Part shown: in pieces, positions 46,246 through 55,417 of the stretch
How the letters are laid out: each line of letters starts with the position of its first letter
How positions within the stretch are numbered: position 1 is the first letter of the stretch
Assembly (NCBI GenBank): GCA_963727485.1
Contig: CAVSGM010000011.1
Location: forward strand, 828,501 to 892,500
From: an uncultured delta proteobacterium
GTDB taxonomy: Bacteria; Myxococcota; Myxococcia; SLRQ01
Length of the DNA: 64,000 nucleotides
Reading direction: 5' to 3'
The notes under the pieces: model-generated
Told to the model about the DNA's origin: nothing
What the model saw: only the letters and a program-made list of their open reading frames with translations
Databases searched by the model: none
Made by a program: the position numbers and the translations under genes

Positions 46246-47370
46246 TCAGGCGCCCTCGATGAGCTCGACGTTGGCCCGGGGGATCACCGCCGACTCGCCG
46301 TCCTCGAAGGTCACCTCGAGGACGCGGACCTCGGTCTCCGACGCCATCTTCACCAGGGCGTGGGGCAGGGCGGAGACGGTGCCGATGCGCCCGAAGTAGG
46401 GGTGGCGGATGCAGCGGATGAGGCTGCCCACCTCGATGCCCTTGATCTCCTCGGTGCCGTCGCCGTCCGCGGACTTCTCGGGGTGGGGGATGACGACCTC
46501 GGGGCGGATGACGCCGGCGCGGATCTGGGTGGCGCCGTTGATGGAGGCGATGTCGCCCTGGTGGGCGGTGAGGAGGGCGTGGGTGCGCCCGGCCATGGCG
46601 ATGTGGCCGAAGCCCTCGGTGATGATGAGGGTGGTGGGGATCTGCTCGCCGCCGGTGATGGCGACGCCGACCTCGTAGCCGAGGAGCGCCTTGATGTCGT
46701 GGTAGTCGAAGCCGCCGACGATGACGCCCTTGGCGCCGACCTCGAAGGCGGCCTTGAGGGCGTCGAGGGTGGCGAAGGCGCCGCCGACCACGATCTTGCC
46801 GGCGCAGCGGCCGTCGAAGTCGCCGGGCTCGAGGACGGCGTCCGGGGACTGGCTCACGACCAGGATCTCGCCCTGGCGCTCGCCGCCGAGGCCGAAGATG
46901 CCCTGGATGAAGGTCGCCGGGGTGGTGACCACCACGCCCTCGCGCTCGAGGATCTCGGTGACCGTCCCGTCGACGTAGGCGCTGACCTCGACGGGGGTCG
47001 GCTTCTCCCGGAGCATCACCTGGCCGGTGACCTTGGAGATGCTGTCCACGGTGCCGTCGATGGGCGAGACCACCCGGCCCTTGAACAGGCCCCAGATCCC
47101 CGGGGTCTCGGCGAAGACCTGGCCCTTCTCCACGGTCTCGCCCTCCTTGCGGAGCATCCGGCTGGGGACCTCCTCGGGGAGGACGCCGAGGGCGTTGGCG
47201 ACGTTGGAGGGGAAGACCTTGCCGGGGAGCTCGGTGCGGGCGACGACGTCGGCGGCGCGGACCGAGGCGCCGACGTCCACGGTGACCTCGCCGAGGAGCG
47301 GCAGGCGCCGGGTCTTCTTGACCACGGCGTGCTCGGTGACCTTGAGGCCGGGGGTGAAGGCGTGGGCCAT
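46246..47370 (-). CDS. Conserved hypothetical protein, partner of the GlmL-family gene
   Basis: This is an intact 374-aa ORF with good coding bias. The N-terminal segments GEVTVDVGASVRAADVVA and KEGETVEKGQVFAE / VVSPIDGTV resemble barrel-sandwich (lipoyl-like) hybrid motifs. The start lies 3 nt after the upstream gene's stop. Confidence 0.65.
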   Translation of the reverse strand: MAHAFTPGLKVTEHAVVKKTRRLPLLGEVTVDVGASVRAADVVARTELPGKVFPSNVANALGVLPEEVPSRMLRKEGETVEKGQVFAETPGIWGLFKGRVVSPIDGTVDSISKVTGQVMLREKPTPVEVSAYVDGTVTEILEREGVVVTTPATFIQGIFGLGGERQGEILVVSQSPDAVLEPGDFDGRCAGKIVVGGAFATLDALKAAFEVGAKGVIVGGFDYHDIKALLGYEVGVAITGGEQIPTTLIITEGFGHIAMAGRTHALLTAHQGDIASINGATQIRAGVIRPEVVIPHPEKSADGDGTEEIKGIEVGSLIRCIRHPYFGRIGTVSALPHALVKMASETEVRVLEVTFEDGESAVIPRANVELIEGA

Positions 47371-47373
47371 GGG

Positions 47374-49216
47374 CTACTCCGGGTAGACCTCGAGGGGGGC
47401 GTTCCAGGCCTCGAGGCGGGCGGTGCGCTGCTCGGTGGGGACGACGAGGGGGCGGCCGCGGCCGTCGGTCACCAGGCCCACCACGCCGCCGTTGATCTCA
47501 CGCTCCAGCGGCTGTCCCATCCCGGCGCCGACGTCGACCTTGCGCTCGGGGGTGACGGTGATGCGGGTCTTCTCGCCGGGGTCGTAGGGGAGCTCGAAGC
47601 GGCGGACCTCGCCGACGAGGATGTCGCACTCGCCGGCGGCGCCGCCGGGACCGGTCCAGGAGAGGTGGGCCAGCTTGTCGCCGTCGCGGACCCGGCCCTT
47701 GCGGACCACCGGGGCCACCACGGTCCCCAGGCGGATGAGGCAGTCCTTCTCGAAGACGTCGGTGGCGGCCTTCTCGTTCACCGTGGAGAGCACGCCGAGG
47801 TGCGGCATCATGAAGATGCTGTCGACGGCGAGCTCGGTGACGCCCTCGGGCATGAAGGCGTCGATCATCATCATGAACGACTGGGTCCGGCGCGGCGCGT
47901 GGGAGAGCACCCCGCCGGAGCCGATGATCAGGTCGAGGTCCATCATCTTCATCAGCGACGCGCCGGAGGCGTTCTGGTCGAAGGCGTCGGAGACGGTGCG
48001 CTCGGTCTGCACGCCCTTGAGGCCGACGGCGAACTCCTTGTGCTGGATGAAGGCCAGCCGCAGGGCCTCGCGGGCGATGGCCTGCTCGATCTTCAGCTCC
48101 TCCAGGGTCTGGGGGAGGTGGTCGGGCGGATCATCTTGTTGCCGATGCGGTTTCGCAGCTCGGCCTCGTCGATGTCGAAGGGCACCCAGCGCAGGATGCT
48201 CGGCAGCCCCGCCTCGGCCAGCACGTTGGACACCGAGTAGCTCATGCCCAGGTTCGCGGAGACGGTGCGGTTGAAGGTGCCGCCGAAGACGCTGAACACG
48301 TCGGTGGTGGCGCCGCCGATGTCCACCCCGGCGACGTTGATGCCCTCGCGCTTGGCGATGGCCTGCATGATGAGGCCGACCGCCCCCGGGGTGGGCATGA
48401 TGGGCGCGTCGGTCCAGCTCATGAGCTTCTTGTAGCCCGGCGCCTGGGCCATCACGTGCTCCATGAACAGGTCGTGGATCTCGTCGCGGGCCGGGCCGAG
48501 GTTCTCCTCCTCGAGGCGCGGGCGCAGGTTGTCCACCACTGAGAGGTCGGTCTTCTCGCCGAGGATGCGCTCGACCTCGCCCCGGGCCTTCCTGTTGCCG
48601 GCGAAGATCACCGGGAGATCGAAGCCGACGCCCAGGCGCGGCCTCGGGGTTGGCGGCGGCGAAGAGCTCGGCCAGCTCGACCACGTGCGAGACGGTGCCG
48701 CCGTCGATGCCGCCGGCGAGCAGGATCATGTCCGGGCGCAGCTGGCGGATGCGCTCGATCTGCTCGTGGGGCGGCCGCTCGTCGTTGGAGGCGATGGCGT
48801 CCATGACGATGGCGCCGGCGCCGAGGGCGGCCCGGGCCGCGCACTCGGCGGTCATGGAGCGCACCACCCCGACGACCATCATCTGCAGGCCCCCGCCGGC
48901 GGAGCTGGTGGAGATGTAGATGTCCACGCCCGTCGTCGCCGGTCTGGGGCCGCTGGATGAAGCCGTCCGTCGCCCAGGAGCGTCCGGCCCCGGACAGCTC
49001 CTCGACCTCCTGGGCTGGAGTTGAGGACGCCGAGGGTGACGTCCTCGAAGGGGGCCTCGACGGTGGTCGGGGCCTCGCCGCGGGTCACCAGCCGGTAGGT
49101 CCCGTCGACCTGCGCTCGATGAGGATCGCCTTGGTCGTGGTGGAGCCGCAGTCGGTGGCGAGCACGGAGCGGATGTCGGTGAGGTCCCGATCGCTGCCAG
49201 GGGCGCCCTCGGGCAT
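47374..49216 (-). pseudogene. GlmL/MutL-family (glutamate mutase accessory, ASKHA-fold) gene disrupted by multiple frameshifts
   Basis: GGAGG and ATG 49216 give MPEGAPGSDRDLTDIRSVLATDCGSTTTKAILIERR. Homologous text then hops between all three frames: VTRGEAPTTVEAPFEDVTLGVLNS; VDIYISTSSAGGGLQMMVVGVV...ILLAGGIDGG; IFAGNRKARGEVERIL...GVDIGGATTDVFS; TLEELKIEQAIAREAL...IIGSGGVLSHAP to the stop at 47374. Confidence 0.7.
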
Positions 49217-49303
49217 GGAAACCTCCAGGATGTGCAATACTTACGAGTTCGCGGAAGCTAGCCCGCGGTGACCATCCGGGTCAAGGCGGCGGGCGCGCCG
49301 TCC

Positions 49304-49333
49304 TTGCCGCCGGGGCCGGCGTCTCCGTAAAGT
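49304..49333 (+). promoter_or_regulatory. Promoter TTGCCG-N18-TAAAGT upstream of the kinase gene; in-frame GTG 49344 is 10 nt downstream
   Basis: The hexamers lie at 49304-49309 and 49328-49333. Confidence 0.4.
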
Positions 49334-51593
49334 GCCGGCGGGTGTGACCTTGTCCACGGGATACGGCAGATACCGGCTTCTCCAGTGCCTCGCTCGCGGG
49401 GGCATGGCGGAGATCTGGCTGGCGCAGGACCGCGGCCCCGACGGGCCGCGGCTGGTGGTGGTCAAGCGCATCCTCCCCGGCCTCGCCGACCGGCGGGACC
49501 TCGCCGAGATGTTCCTCGACGAGGCCCAGCTCGCCGCCCACCTCGACCACCCCAACGTGGTGAAGATCTTCGAGCATGGCGAGCTCGACGGGGACTCGTT
49601 CATCGCCATGGAGCTCATCGAGGGGGAGAACCTGCGCACGGTGGTGCGCCGGGCGGTGGCGGCCGGACGCCCGGGGATGCCCCTGCCCCTGGCGGTGAAG
49701 GCCATCGCCGACTCGGCCCGCGGCCTCCACCACGCCCACAGCCGGGTCGACGCCGACGGCCGGCCGCTGGGGATCATCCACCGGGACGTGAGCCCCCAGA
49801 ACCTCCTGGTCAGCTACACCGGCCGGGTGAAGGTGGTGGACTTCGGCATCGCCAAGGCGGCGACGTCGCTCACCGAGACCCGCACCGGGGTCCTCAAGGG
49901 CAAGTACCCCTACATGAGCCCCGAGCAGGTCATGGGTCGGAAGATCGACGCCCGGTCCGACCTCTTCTCGCTCGGGGTGGTGCTCTGGGAGCTGGTGTGC
50001 GGCGACCGGCTCTACCGCCAGTCCACCGACTTCCTGGTGATGCAGGCCATCGTCAAGGAGCCGCCGCCGCCGCCGTCGACGGTCCGCGACGACGTCCCCC
50101 GGGCCCTCGACGCCCTGGTGGTGCGGGCGCTCGCCAAGGATCCCCGCGACCGCTTCCCCTCGAGCGAGGCCTTCGCCCGGGCCCTCGACGCCTTCCTCGA
50201 GCGCAGCGGCGAGGCGGTCACCGAGGGGGACCTCGCGGCGTTCATGCACGAGCTGCTCCCCGACCGCATCGCCGTGTGGGAGAAGGTCCTCTCCGAGGCC
50301 GCCGAGGCCGACCCCTCCCAGGGGCTCCTCGACGAGCTCGCCGCCGGGGGCGGGGCGACGCCGGCGGCGGGGTCCCAGCTCCTCTCGAGCCGGAGCGGGA
50401 GCCGGTCCGGGAGCAAGAGCGGCTCGGGCCTCGGCTCGGGACCGGCGACCCCACCCCTCGCCGAGGCGGCCCCGGGGCCCGAGCGCACCAGCGCCACCGT
50501 GGCCCTGCGCAAGCCCGCGCCCGGGGCGCCCTCGAGCCGTCCGCCGCCCCTGCCGTCCCTGCCGTCCCTGTCGCTCCCGGACGACGACCTCCCGGGCACC
50601 CGTGCAGCGCCGCCCCCGGGGCTCCCCCGGGAGGCCCCGCCCATGGACGACCTGGAGACCCGGGCGTCGGTGCGGGGTGGGGCGGCCGCGGCCCGGGCTC
50701 CGGCCTCGCCGCCGTCGGTGGAGGTGGCCCCGGACGCCGGGGCGCCCGCGGCCGCCGACGCGCCGGTGGACGCGCGCCTCGCGGTGCCCCCCGAGGAGGT
50801 CGACGACGCCTCCACCGTCGCCGCCCGGGCCGCCCCCGAGGCGCCCACCGCCGCGGTCCCTCCGCCCGCGGCCCCGGCGGCCCCCGAGGCGCCCGGCCCC
50901 GGCGACGACGCGGGCATGCCCCTCACCGCCCCGCCCGCCGAGCCCCCGGCGCCGCCCAAGGGGATGCTCCGGGAGGCCCCCCAGGCGAAGCCCGACCGCC
51001 CCTCGTTCTCCGAGCGCCGGGCCGACCGGAAGGCCGAGAAGGCCGCGGCCAAGCGGGAGAAGCAGCTCGCCCGCGTCGCCGCCCGGCAGGCCCGGCGCGC
51101 CCGGGACCCGGCGCCGCCGCCGGCCGCGGCGAAGGCCCCGCGGAGGCCGTCGAAGAAGCGGGCGCCGGCGCGGGTCACCGCCGGGGGCACCGAGGTCCTC
51201 CGGAAGGCCGCCACGCCCCTGGTGTGGGTGGGCCGCCTCGCCGTCGCCGCGGCGACCATCGGCCTCATCATCTGGATCGCCCAGGGGGTGGCCCACGACA
51301 AGGGCCTCGACCAGCACCCCGACAAGCTCGTCGATCCCCTGGTGACCGCGGTGCAGAAGCTCGCCGGGGTGGGGGGCCCGGGGACCCTCCGCGTCGACTC
51401 CCGGCCCGAGGGCGCCACCGTGCGCGTCGACGGCCAGGTCCTCGGACACACGCCGGTCCACCAGGACTACGCGCCCCGGGCCGACCGGGTGCGGGTGGAG
51501 ATCACCAAGCGCGGCTATCGCACCTGGCGCGGCGAGATCGTCCACGCCAAGCAGGGGATCCAGGTCGACGCCCACCTGGTGCGCCGGCGTTGA
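49332..51593 (+). CDS. Ser/Thr protein kinase with a Pro-rich linker, a TM helix and a C-terminal PEGA domain
   Basis: Kinase motifs are RGGMAEIW, VVVKRI, HRDVSPQN, DFGIAKA and PYMSPEQ. The C-terminal PEGA segment is GTLRVDSRPEGATVRVDGQVLGHTP. The start is GTG 49332, or more likely the in-frame GTG 49344, which lies 10 nt after a TAAAGT -10 box. Confidence 0.85.
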   Translation: MPAGVTLSTGYGRYRLLQCLARGGMAEIWLAQDRGPDGPRLVVVKRILPGLADRRDLAEMFLDEAQLAAHLDHPNVVKIFEHGELDGDSFIAMELIEGENLRTVVRRAVAAGRPGMPLPLAVKAIADSARGLHHAHSRVDADGRPLGIIHRDVSPQNLLVSYTGRVKVVDFGIAKAATSLTETRTGVLKGKYPYMSPEQVMGRKIDARSDLFSLGVVLWELVCGDRLYRQSTDFLVMQAIVKEPPPPPSTVRDDVPRALDALVVRALAKDPRDRFPSSEAFARALDAFLERSGEAVTEGDLAAFMHELLPDRIAVWEKVLSEAAEADPSQGLLDELAAGGGATPAAGSQLLSSRSGSRSGSKSGSGLGSGPATPPLAEAAPGPERTSATVALRKPAPGAPSSRPPPLPSLPSLSLPDDDLPGTRAAPPPGLPREAPPMDDLETRASVRGGAAAARAPASPPSVEVAPDAGAPAAADAPVDARLAVPPEEVDDASTVAARAAPEAPTAAVPPPAAPAAPEAPGPGDDAGMPLTAPPAEPPAPPKGMLREAPQAKPDRPSFSERRADRKAEKAAAKREKQLARVAARQARRARDPAPPPAAAKAPRRPSKKRAPARVTAGGTEVLRKAATPLVWVGRLAVAAATIGLIIWIAQGVAHDKGLDQHPDKLVDPLVTAVQKLAGVGGPGTLRVDSRPEGATVRVDGQVLGHTPVHQDYAPRADRVRVEITKRGYRTWRGEIVHAKQGIQVDAHLVRRR

Positions 51594-51789
51594 CCACACG
51601 CGGCGAATTTCTTTACCGCGGGATCCGCGCCGGCTACGATCCGTAGGTGAGAGGGAACGGGGCGGCACGGCGTATCACCTGAACCCGTGATGCCCGCGCC
51701 GCCCGCGCCCTCCGAGCCGCAAGCCCGACGGCCCTGGCCCGGGCCACCGACTCCATCCGCCCGGGGGCGCGGGGCACCGCCGCTCCCGC

Positions 51790-52143
51790 CTAGGGTCCCT
51801 CGGGCCCGTCGTCGCCCTTCGACGGGGGCGCCTCCTCGGCCGCGCCCTTCGGCGGCACCTTCGCCGGCGGCGGCGCGTCCACCGCGTCCTCGATGCGCCG
51901 GGCCAACCGCTCCAGGGCCTCCTTGCGTTCCAGGAGGTGGGCGACGCGTCCGTAGCCGGGCCCGCCGTAGAACACCCCCACCAGGGGCTGGAAGAAGTAG
52001 AGGAGCTGGCTGCCCACGAACTCCAGGGGCTTGAAGGTCTCGAGGAGGAAGATCGCCGGGACCTCGAGGCGCCGGCGCACCACCTCGGTGGCGATGCGGT
52101 CGAGGAGGGCCTCGTCCTCGGGGGTCAGGGGCTCACGGGCCAT
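51790..52143 (-). CDS. Hypothetical protein (117 aa)
   Basis: The start is ATG 52143 (MAREPLTPEDEALLDRI...). The hydrophobic core is VPAIFLLETFKPLEFVGSQLLYFFQPLVGVFY. It overlaps the upstream gene's stop by 11 nt. Confidence 0.45.
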   Translation of the reverse strand: MAREPLTPEDEALLDRIATEVVRRRLEVPAIFLLETFKPLEFVGSQLLYFFQPLVGVFYGGPGYGRVAHLLERKEALERLARRIEDAVDAPPPAKVPPKGAAEEAPPSKGDDGPEGP

Positions 52144-52669
52144 CGCGGTCTCCGTCGTCGGGCGCGCCGGGCGGGGCGTCTGCCGAGTCCGGCGCCGGCG
52201 CATCCTCCCGCGTCGCCGCCTCCGCGTCCATCCGCCGGCGCAGCTCCGCCATCACCTCGGCGCGGTTGGCCCCGCCCTCGGCGAAGACCACGAAGATCCC
52301 CCGGGGCCCGTCCAGGGGCGAGGGCCGGCGAAACGGCGAGAGCAGGACCCCCTCCCGGGCCTCGCGCAGCCGGCGCACCTCGGACCAGGGGCGGTGCTGC
52401 CTGGCCCCGAGGAAGGTCACGTGGACCCCCGCGTCGTCGAGGACGAAGCGCGTGGGGAACAGGAACCGCCCGGTGGCGGCGACCAGGAGGAAGGCGCCGA
52501 TCACCGCCAGCCAGGGGCTCTCCCAGACCACCGACAGGGCCCCCTCCACCGCCAGCACCACCGCCAGGAGCAGCACCCCACGCCAGGGGTGGTCCCGGAG
52601 GGGGTGGACGGTCCACCCGAGGCCCGGGCTCGGGGGGGCTTCGGCATTGTTGACCGGGGGACTGGGCAC
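52133..52669 (-). CDS. Hypothetical membrane protein (possible bacterial PH-like domain)
   Basis: Only the 3' part of the 52133..53530 ORF is used. The two TM helices are GVLLLAVVLAVEGAL and WLAVIGAFLLVAATG. They are followed by RFLFPTRFVLDDAGVHVTFLG....WSEV. GTG 52669 is a tentative start. Confidence 0.4.
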   Translation of the reverse strand: MPSPPVNNAEAPPSPGLGWTVHPLRDHPWRGVLLLAVVLAVEGALSVVWESPWLAVIGAFLLVAATGRFLFPTRFVLDDAGVHVTFLGARQHRPWSEVRRLREAREGVLLSPFRRPSPLDGPRGIFVVFAEGGANRAEVMAELRRRMDAEAATREDAPAPDSADAPPGAPDDGDRDGP

Positions 52670-52706
52670 CGTTACGCTCACGCTCGACTTTACAGGGGTT
52701 TTTCCG

Positions 52707-53600
52707 TTGCCACGCCTCGTCGCCTTCTCCAAGTACCACGGCCTGGGGAACGACTTCCTGGTCATCGACCGCCGCCACGGCGACGTGCCCATGGACTCGG
52801 GCCTCGCCATGCGCCTCTGCGACCGCCACCGCGGCGTCGGGGCCGATGGCGTGCTCTCGGTGCTGCCCCCCACCACCGAGGGCGCCGACCTGCGGATGGT
52901 GGTGCACAACGCCGACGGAAGCGAGCCGGAGACCTGCGGCAACGGCATCCGCTGCGTGGCCTGGTTCGCCGGGCGCAGGCTCCCCGAGCACGCCGGGGCC
53001 GCGCAGCTGCGCATCGAGACCGGCGCCGGCGTCGTCGTCTGCGATCTCGAGGGCGACGACCCCGACACCGGCGTCGTCCGCGTGGACATGGGCCGCCCGC
53101 GCCTCGAGGCCAAGGAGGTCGGCGTCGCCGATCCCCTGCCCACCCGGGGCCGGATCGTCGACGCGCCCTTCATCCTCGGGGGCCGGCAGGTGAGGCTCAC
53201 CGCCGTGTCCATGGGCAACCCCCACGCGGTCATCTTCGAGGGCGCCCGCCCCGACGACGCCCCGGTCCTCGGCGCCGGCCTCGAGCACCACCCGGCCTTC
53301 CCCGAGGGCGTCAACGCCGGCTTCGCCCGGGCCGACTCGAAGACCGAGCTCACCCTGGTGGTCTGGGAGCGGGGCTGCGGCATCACCCAGGCCTGCGGCA
53401 CCGGCGCCTGCGCCGCCGCCGTCGCCGGGGTCGCCACCGGGCGCCTCGAGGCCGGGGTCCCGGTCCGGGTCCACCTCCCCGGCGGCGACCTCGCCATCGA
53501 GGTGGCCAAGGACCTCTCGCGGGTGCACATGGCGGGCCCGGTGGTCCGGGTCTACGACGGCGAGCTGGAGCTCGATCGCTTCGTCCGGGGCACCCCGTGA
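52707..53600 (+). CDS. dapF: Diaminopimelate epimerase
   Basis: Motifs: FSKYHGLGNDFLVID, and the two catalytic Cys contexts ETCGNGIRC and ACGTGACAAA. TTG 52707 is the only plausible start upstream of the conserved N-terminus. Confidence 0.88.
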   Translation: MPRLVAFSKYHGLGNDFLVIDRRHGDVPMDSGLAMRLCDRHRGVGADGVLSVLPPTTEGADLRMVVHNADGSEPETCGNGIRCVAWFAGRRLPEHAGAAQLRIETGAGVVVCDLEGDDPDTGVVRVDMGRPRLEAKEVGVADPLPTRGRIVDAPFILGGRQVRLTAVSMGNPHAVIFEGARPDDAPVLGAGLEHHPAFPEGVNAGFARADSKTELTLVVWERGCGITQACGTGACAAAVAGVATGRLEAGVPVRVHLPGGDLAIEVAKDLSRVHMAGPVVRVYDGELELDRFVRGTP

Positions 53601-53605
53601 GGGTG

Positions 53606-55417
53606 ATGGTCGTCGACGACGAGCGGTTCTTCCGGGAGCTCTACACCGACGCCCTCGACCGGAGCACCGATCTCCAGATCGAGGCCTTCGGATCCGCCGA
53701 GGAGGCGCTCGCCCGCTTCGACCAGGGGGGCATCGACGCGGTGGTCTCCGACCTGGTGATGCCCGGCATGGGCGGCCTCGCCTTCGTCGCCGCCCTGCGC
53801 GATCGCGACCCGGACCTGCCGCTGGTCGTCGTCACCCAGCGCGAGGACGTGCGCCCGGCCGTCGAGGCCCTGCGCCTCGGGGTCAACGAGTACCTCCTCA
53901 AGCCGGTGGACCGGGAGATGCTGGTGGTCGCCGTGGAGCGGGCCGTGGAGGACACCGCGGTGCGCCGGGACCACCGGCGCCTCCAGGCCGCCCAGGCCGA
54001 GCACCTGCGCTCCGAGGAGGTCTACCGCGCCTGCCTCGACCTCCTCGACATCCTCGACGTCGACCAGCTCCAGGACCGGATCCTCGCCACCCTCACCCGC
54101 CTCACCGGCACCCAGGGTGCGGCCCTGTGGCTGGGCGACGGCCGGGGCGCCTATGCCCTCAAGGCCTTCAGCGGGGTCATCGACCAGGCCGCCGTCCCCG
54201 GCGCCCTCGACCTCGACGCCGACACCGCCCTGGCCCTGCGCCTCCGGGATCAGGCCGCCCACGTGGAGCAGGGCGCCGCCCTCTACCTGCCGCTGATCTC
54301 CGGGGGGCGGATCCTGGCGGTGGCGCTGGCGAGCGACAAGGTCGCCGGCGACTTCACCGACACCGACGTGGCGCTGGCCCGCACCGTGGGCGACTTCGCC
54401 GCCGTGGCCCTGCGCAACGCCCTGCGGGTCACCGGGCTGCAGAAGGTCGGCCTCCGGGACCGGGAGACCGCGGCCTACAACATCACCTACTTCATCGACT
54501 ACGCGGGCAAGGAGATCTACAAGGCCCGCCGCTACGGGCGGACCTTCAGCCTGGTGACCCTCCAGGTGGACAACCTCCACCTCCTCAAGCGCACCCTCTC
54601 CAACGAGGCCACGCGCACCGTGCACCGGGCCCTGGTCTCGGCGGTGCAGCGGGTGATCCGCGACTCGGACATCCTCGCCAAGGTCACCGACGACACCTTC
54701 TACCTGCTCCTCCCCGAGACCGACTTCTTCGGGGCCCTGATGTTCACCCGCCGGGCGCTCTCGGCCTTCGCCGCGGCCCCGGGGATAGCCAGGCTCTCGG
54801 TGCCCCCCTCGGTGGTCGTCGGCGCCGCCACCTACCCCCGGGACGGCGACGACTTCGACGATCTCCTCCAGGTCTGCCGCGCCCGGATGGACGAGGTGCG
54901 CCGGAGCCCCTACCGCCGCCTCCACCTCGAGGACGAGCCGTTCTGGGACCTGGTCGACACCCTGCTCCAGACCCCGGTGTCCGCCGTGGAGGAGGGCACG
55001 GCGGGCCGGCGCCTCGCCGCCATCCCGCCGCTCTTCGACACCATCCTCGCCGCCGCCGCCGTGGAGCTCCAGGCCGATCCCACCGCCCGGGGCCTGGTCT
55101 ACTACGGCGCCGGGGAGGTGGCCCCCGAGCTCCCACTCCTCGCCGCCCTCGACCCCACCCGCGAGGGGGCGGCCCGGGTCTACCTCCTGGGCCGCGCCGT
55201 CGAGGGGGGCCTCGACCACCCGGCGGTCACCGCGGTGCCCCTCCCCGACGAGGCCCGCCTCGACGGCCACCGCTTCCTCCTCTACCTCACCGAGCGCGCC
55301 GCCTACGCCTGGCTCGAGCAGGACGACGGGCTGGCCTACCACACCTCCGACGCCACCCTGGTGGAGGCCCTCGTGGCCCGCCTCCAGGAGGCCTACGACC
55401 TCCAGCGGCAGTACTGA
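53606..55417 (+). CDS. Response regulator: REC-GAF-degenerate GGDEF (I-site retained) with a C-terminal DICT-like region
   Basis: The REC domain reads MVVDDE ... VVSDLVMPGMGG ... YLLKP. A GAF-like middle region follows. The GGDEF-fold segment has RDSD-ILAKV-TDDTF where RxxD-x5-GGDEF is expected. About 180 further aa follow. Confidence 0.8.
   Translation: MVVDDERFFRELYTDALDRSTDLQIEAFGSAEEALARFDQGGIDAVVSDLVMPGMGGLAFVAALRDRDPDLPLVVVTQREDVRPAVEALRLGVNEYLLKPVDREMLVVAVERAVEDTAVRRDHRRLQAAQAEHLRSEEVYRACLDLLDILDVDQLQDRILATLTRLTGTQGAALWLGDGRGAYALKAFSGVIDQAAVPGALDLDADTALALRLRDQAAHVEQGAALYLPLISGGRILAVALASDKVAGDFTDTDVALARTVGDFAAVALRNALRVTGLQKVGLRDRETAAYNITYFIDYAGKEIYKARRYGRTFSLVTLQVDNLHLLKRTLSNEATRTVHRALVSAVQRVIRDSDILAKVTDDTFYLLLPETDFFGALMFTRRALSAFAAAPGIARLSVPPSVVVGAATYPRDGDDFDDLLQVCRARMDEVRRSPYRRLHLEDEPFWDLVDTLLQTPVSAVEEGTAGRRLAAIPPLFDTILAAAAVELQADPTARGLVYYGAGEVAPELPLLAALDPTREGAARVYLLGRAVEGGLDHPAVTAVPLPDEARLDGHRFLLYLTERAAYAWLEQDDGLAYHTSDATLVEALVARLQEAYDLQRQY

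Noticed and set aside
49281-51668. 795-aa minus ORF and other long ORFs overlapping the second Ser/Thr kinase gene
   Set aside because: The plus frame carries complete kinase and PEGA signatures. The others are shadow frames.
52125-53530. Two ~465-aa minus ORFs antisense to dapF
   Set aside because: dapF is unambiguous on the plus strand. Only the 3' ends of the minus ORFs (52133..52669) show membrane-protein-like text.
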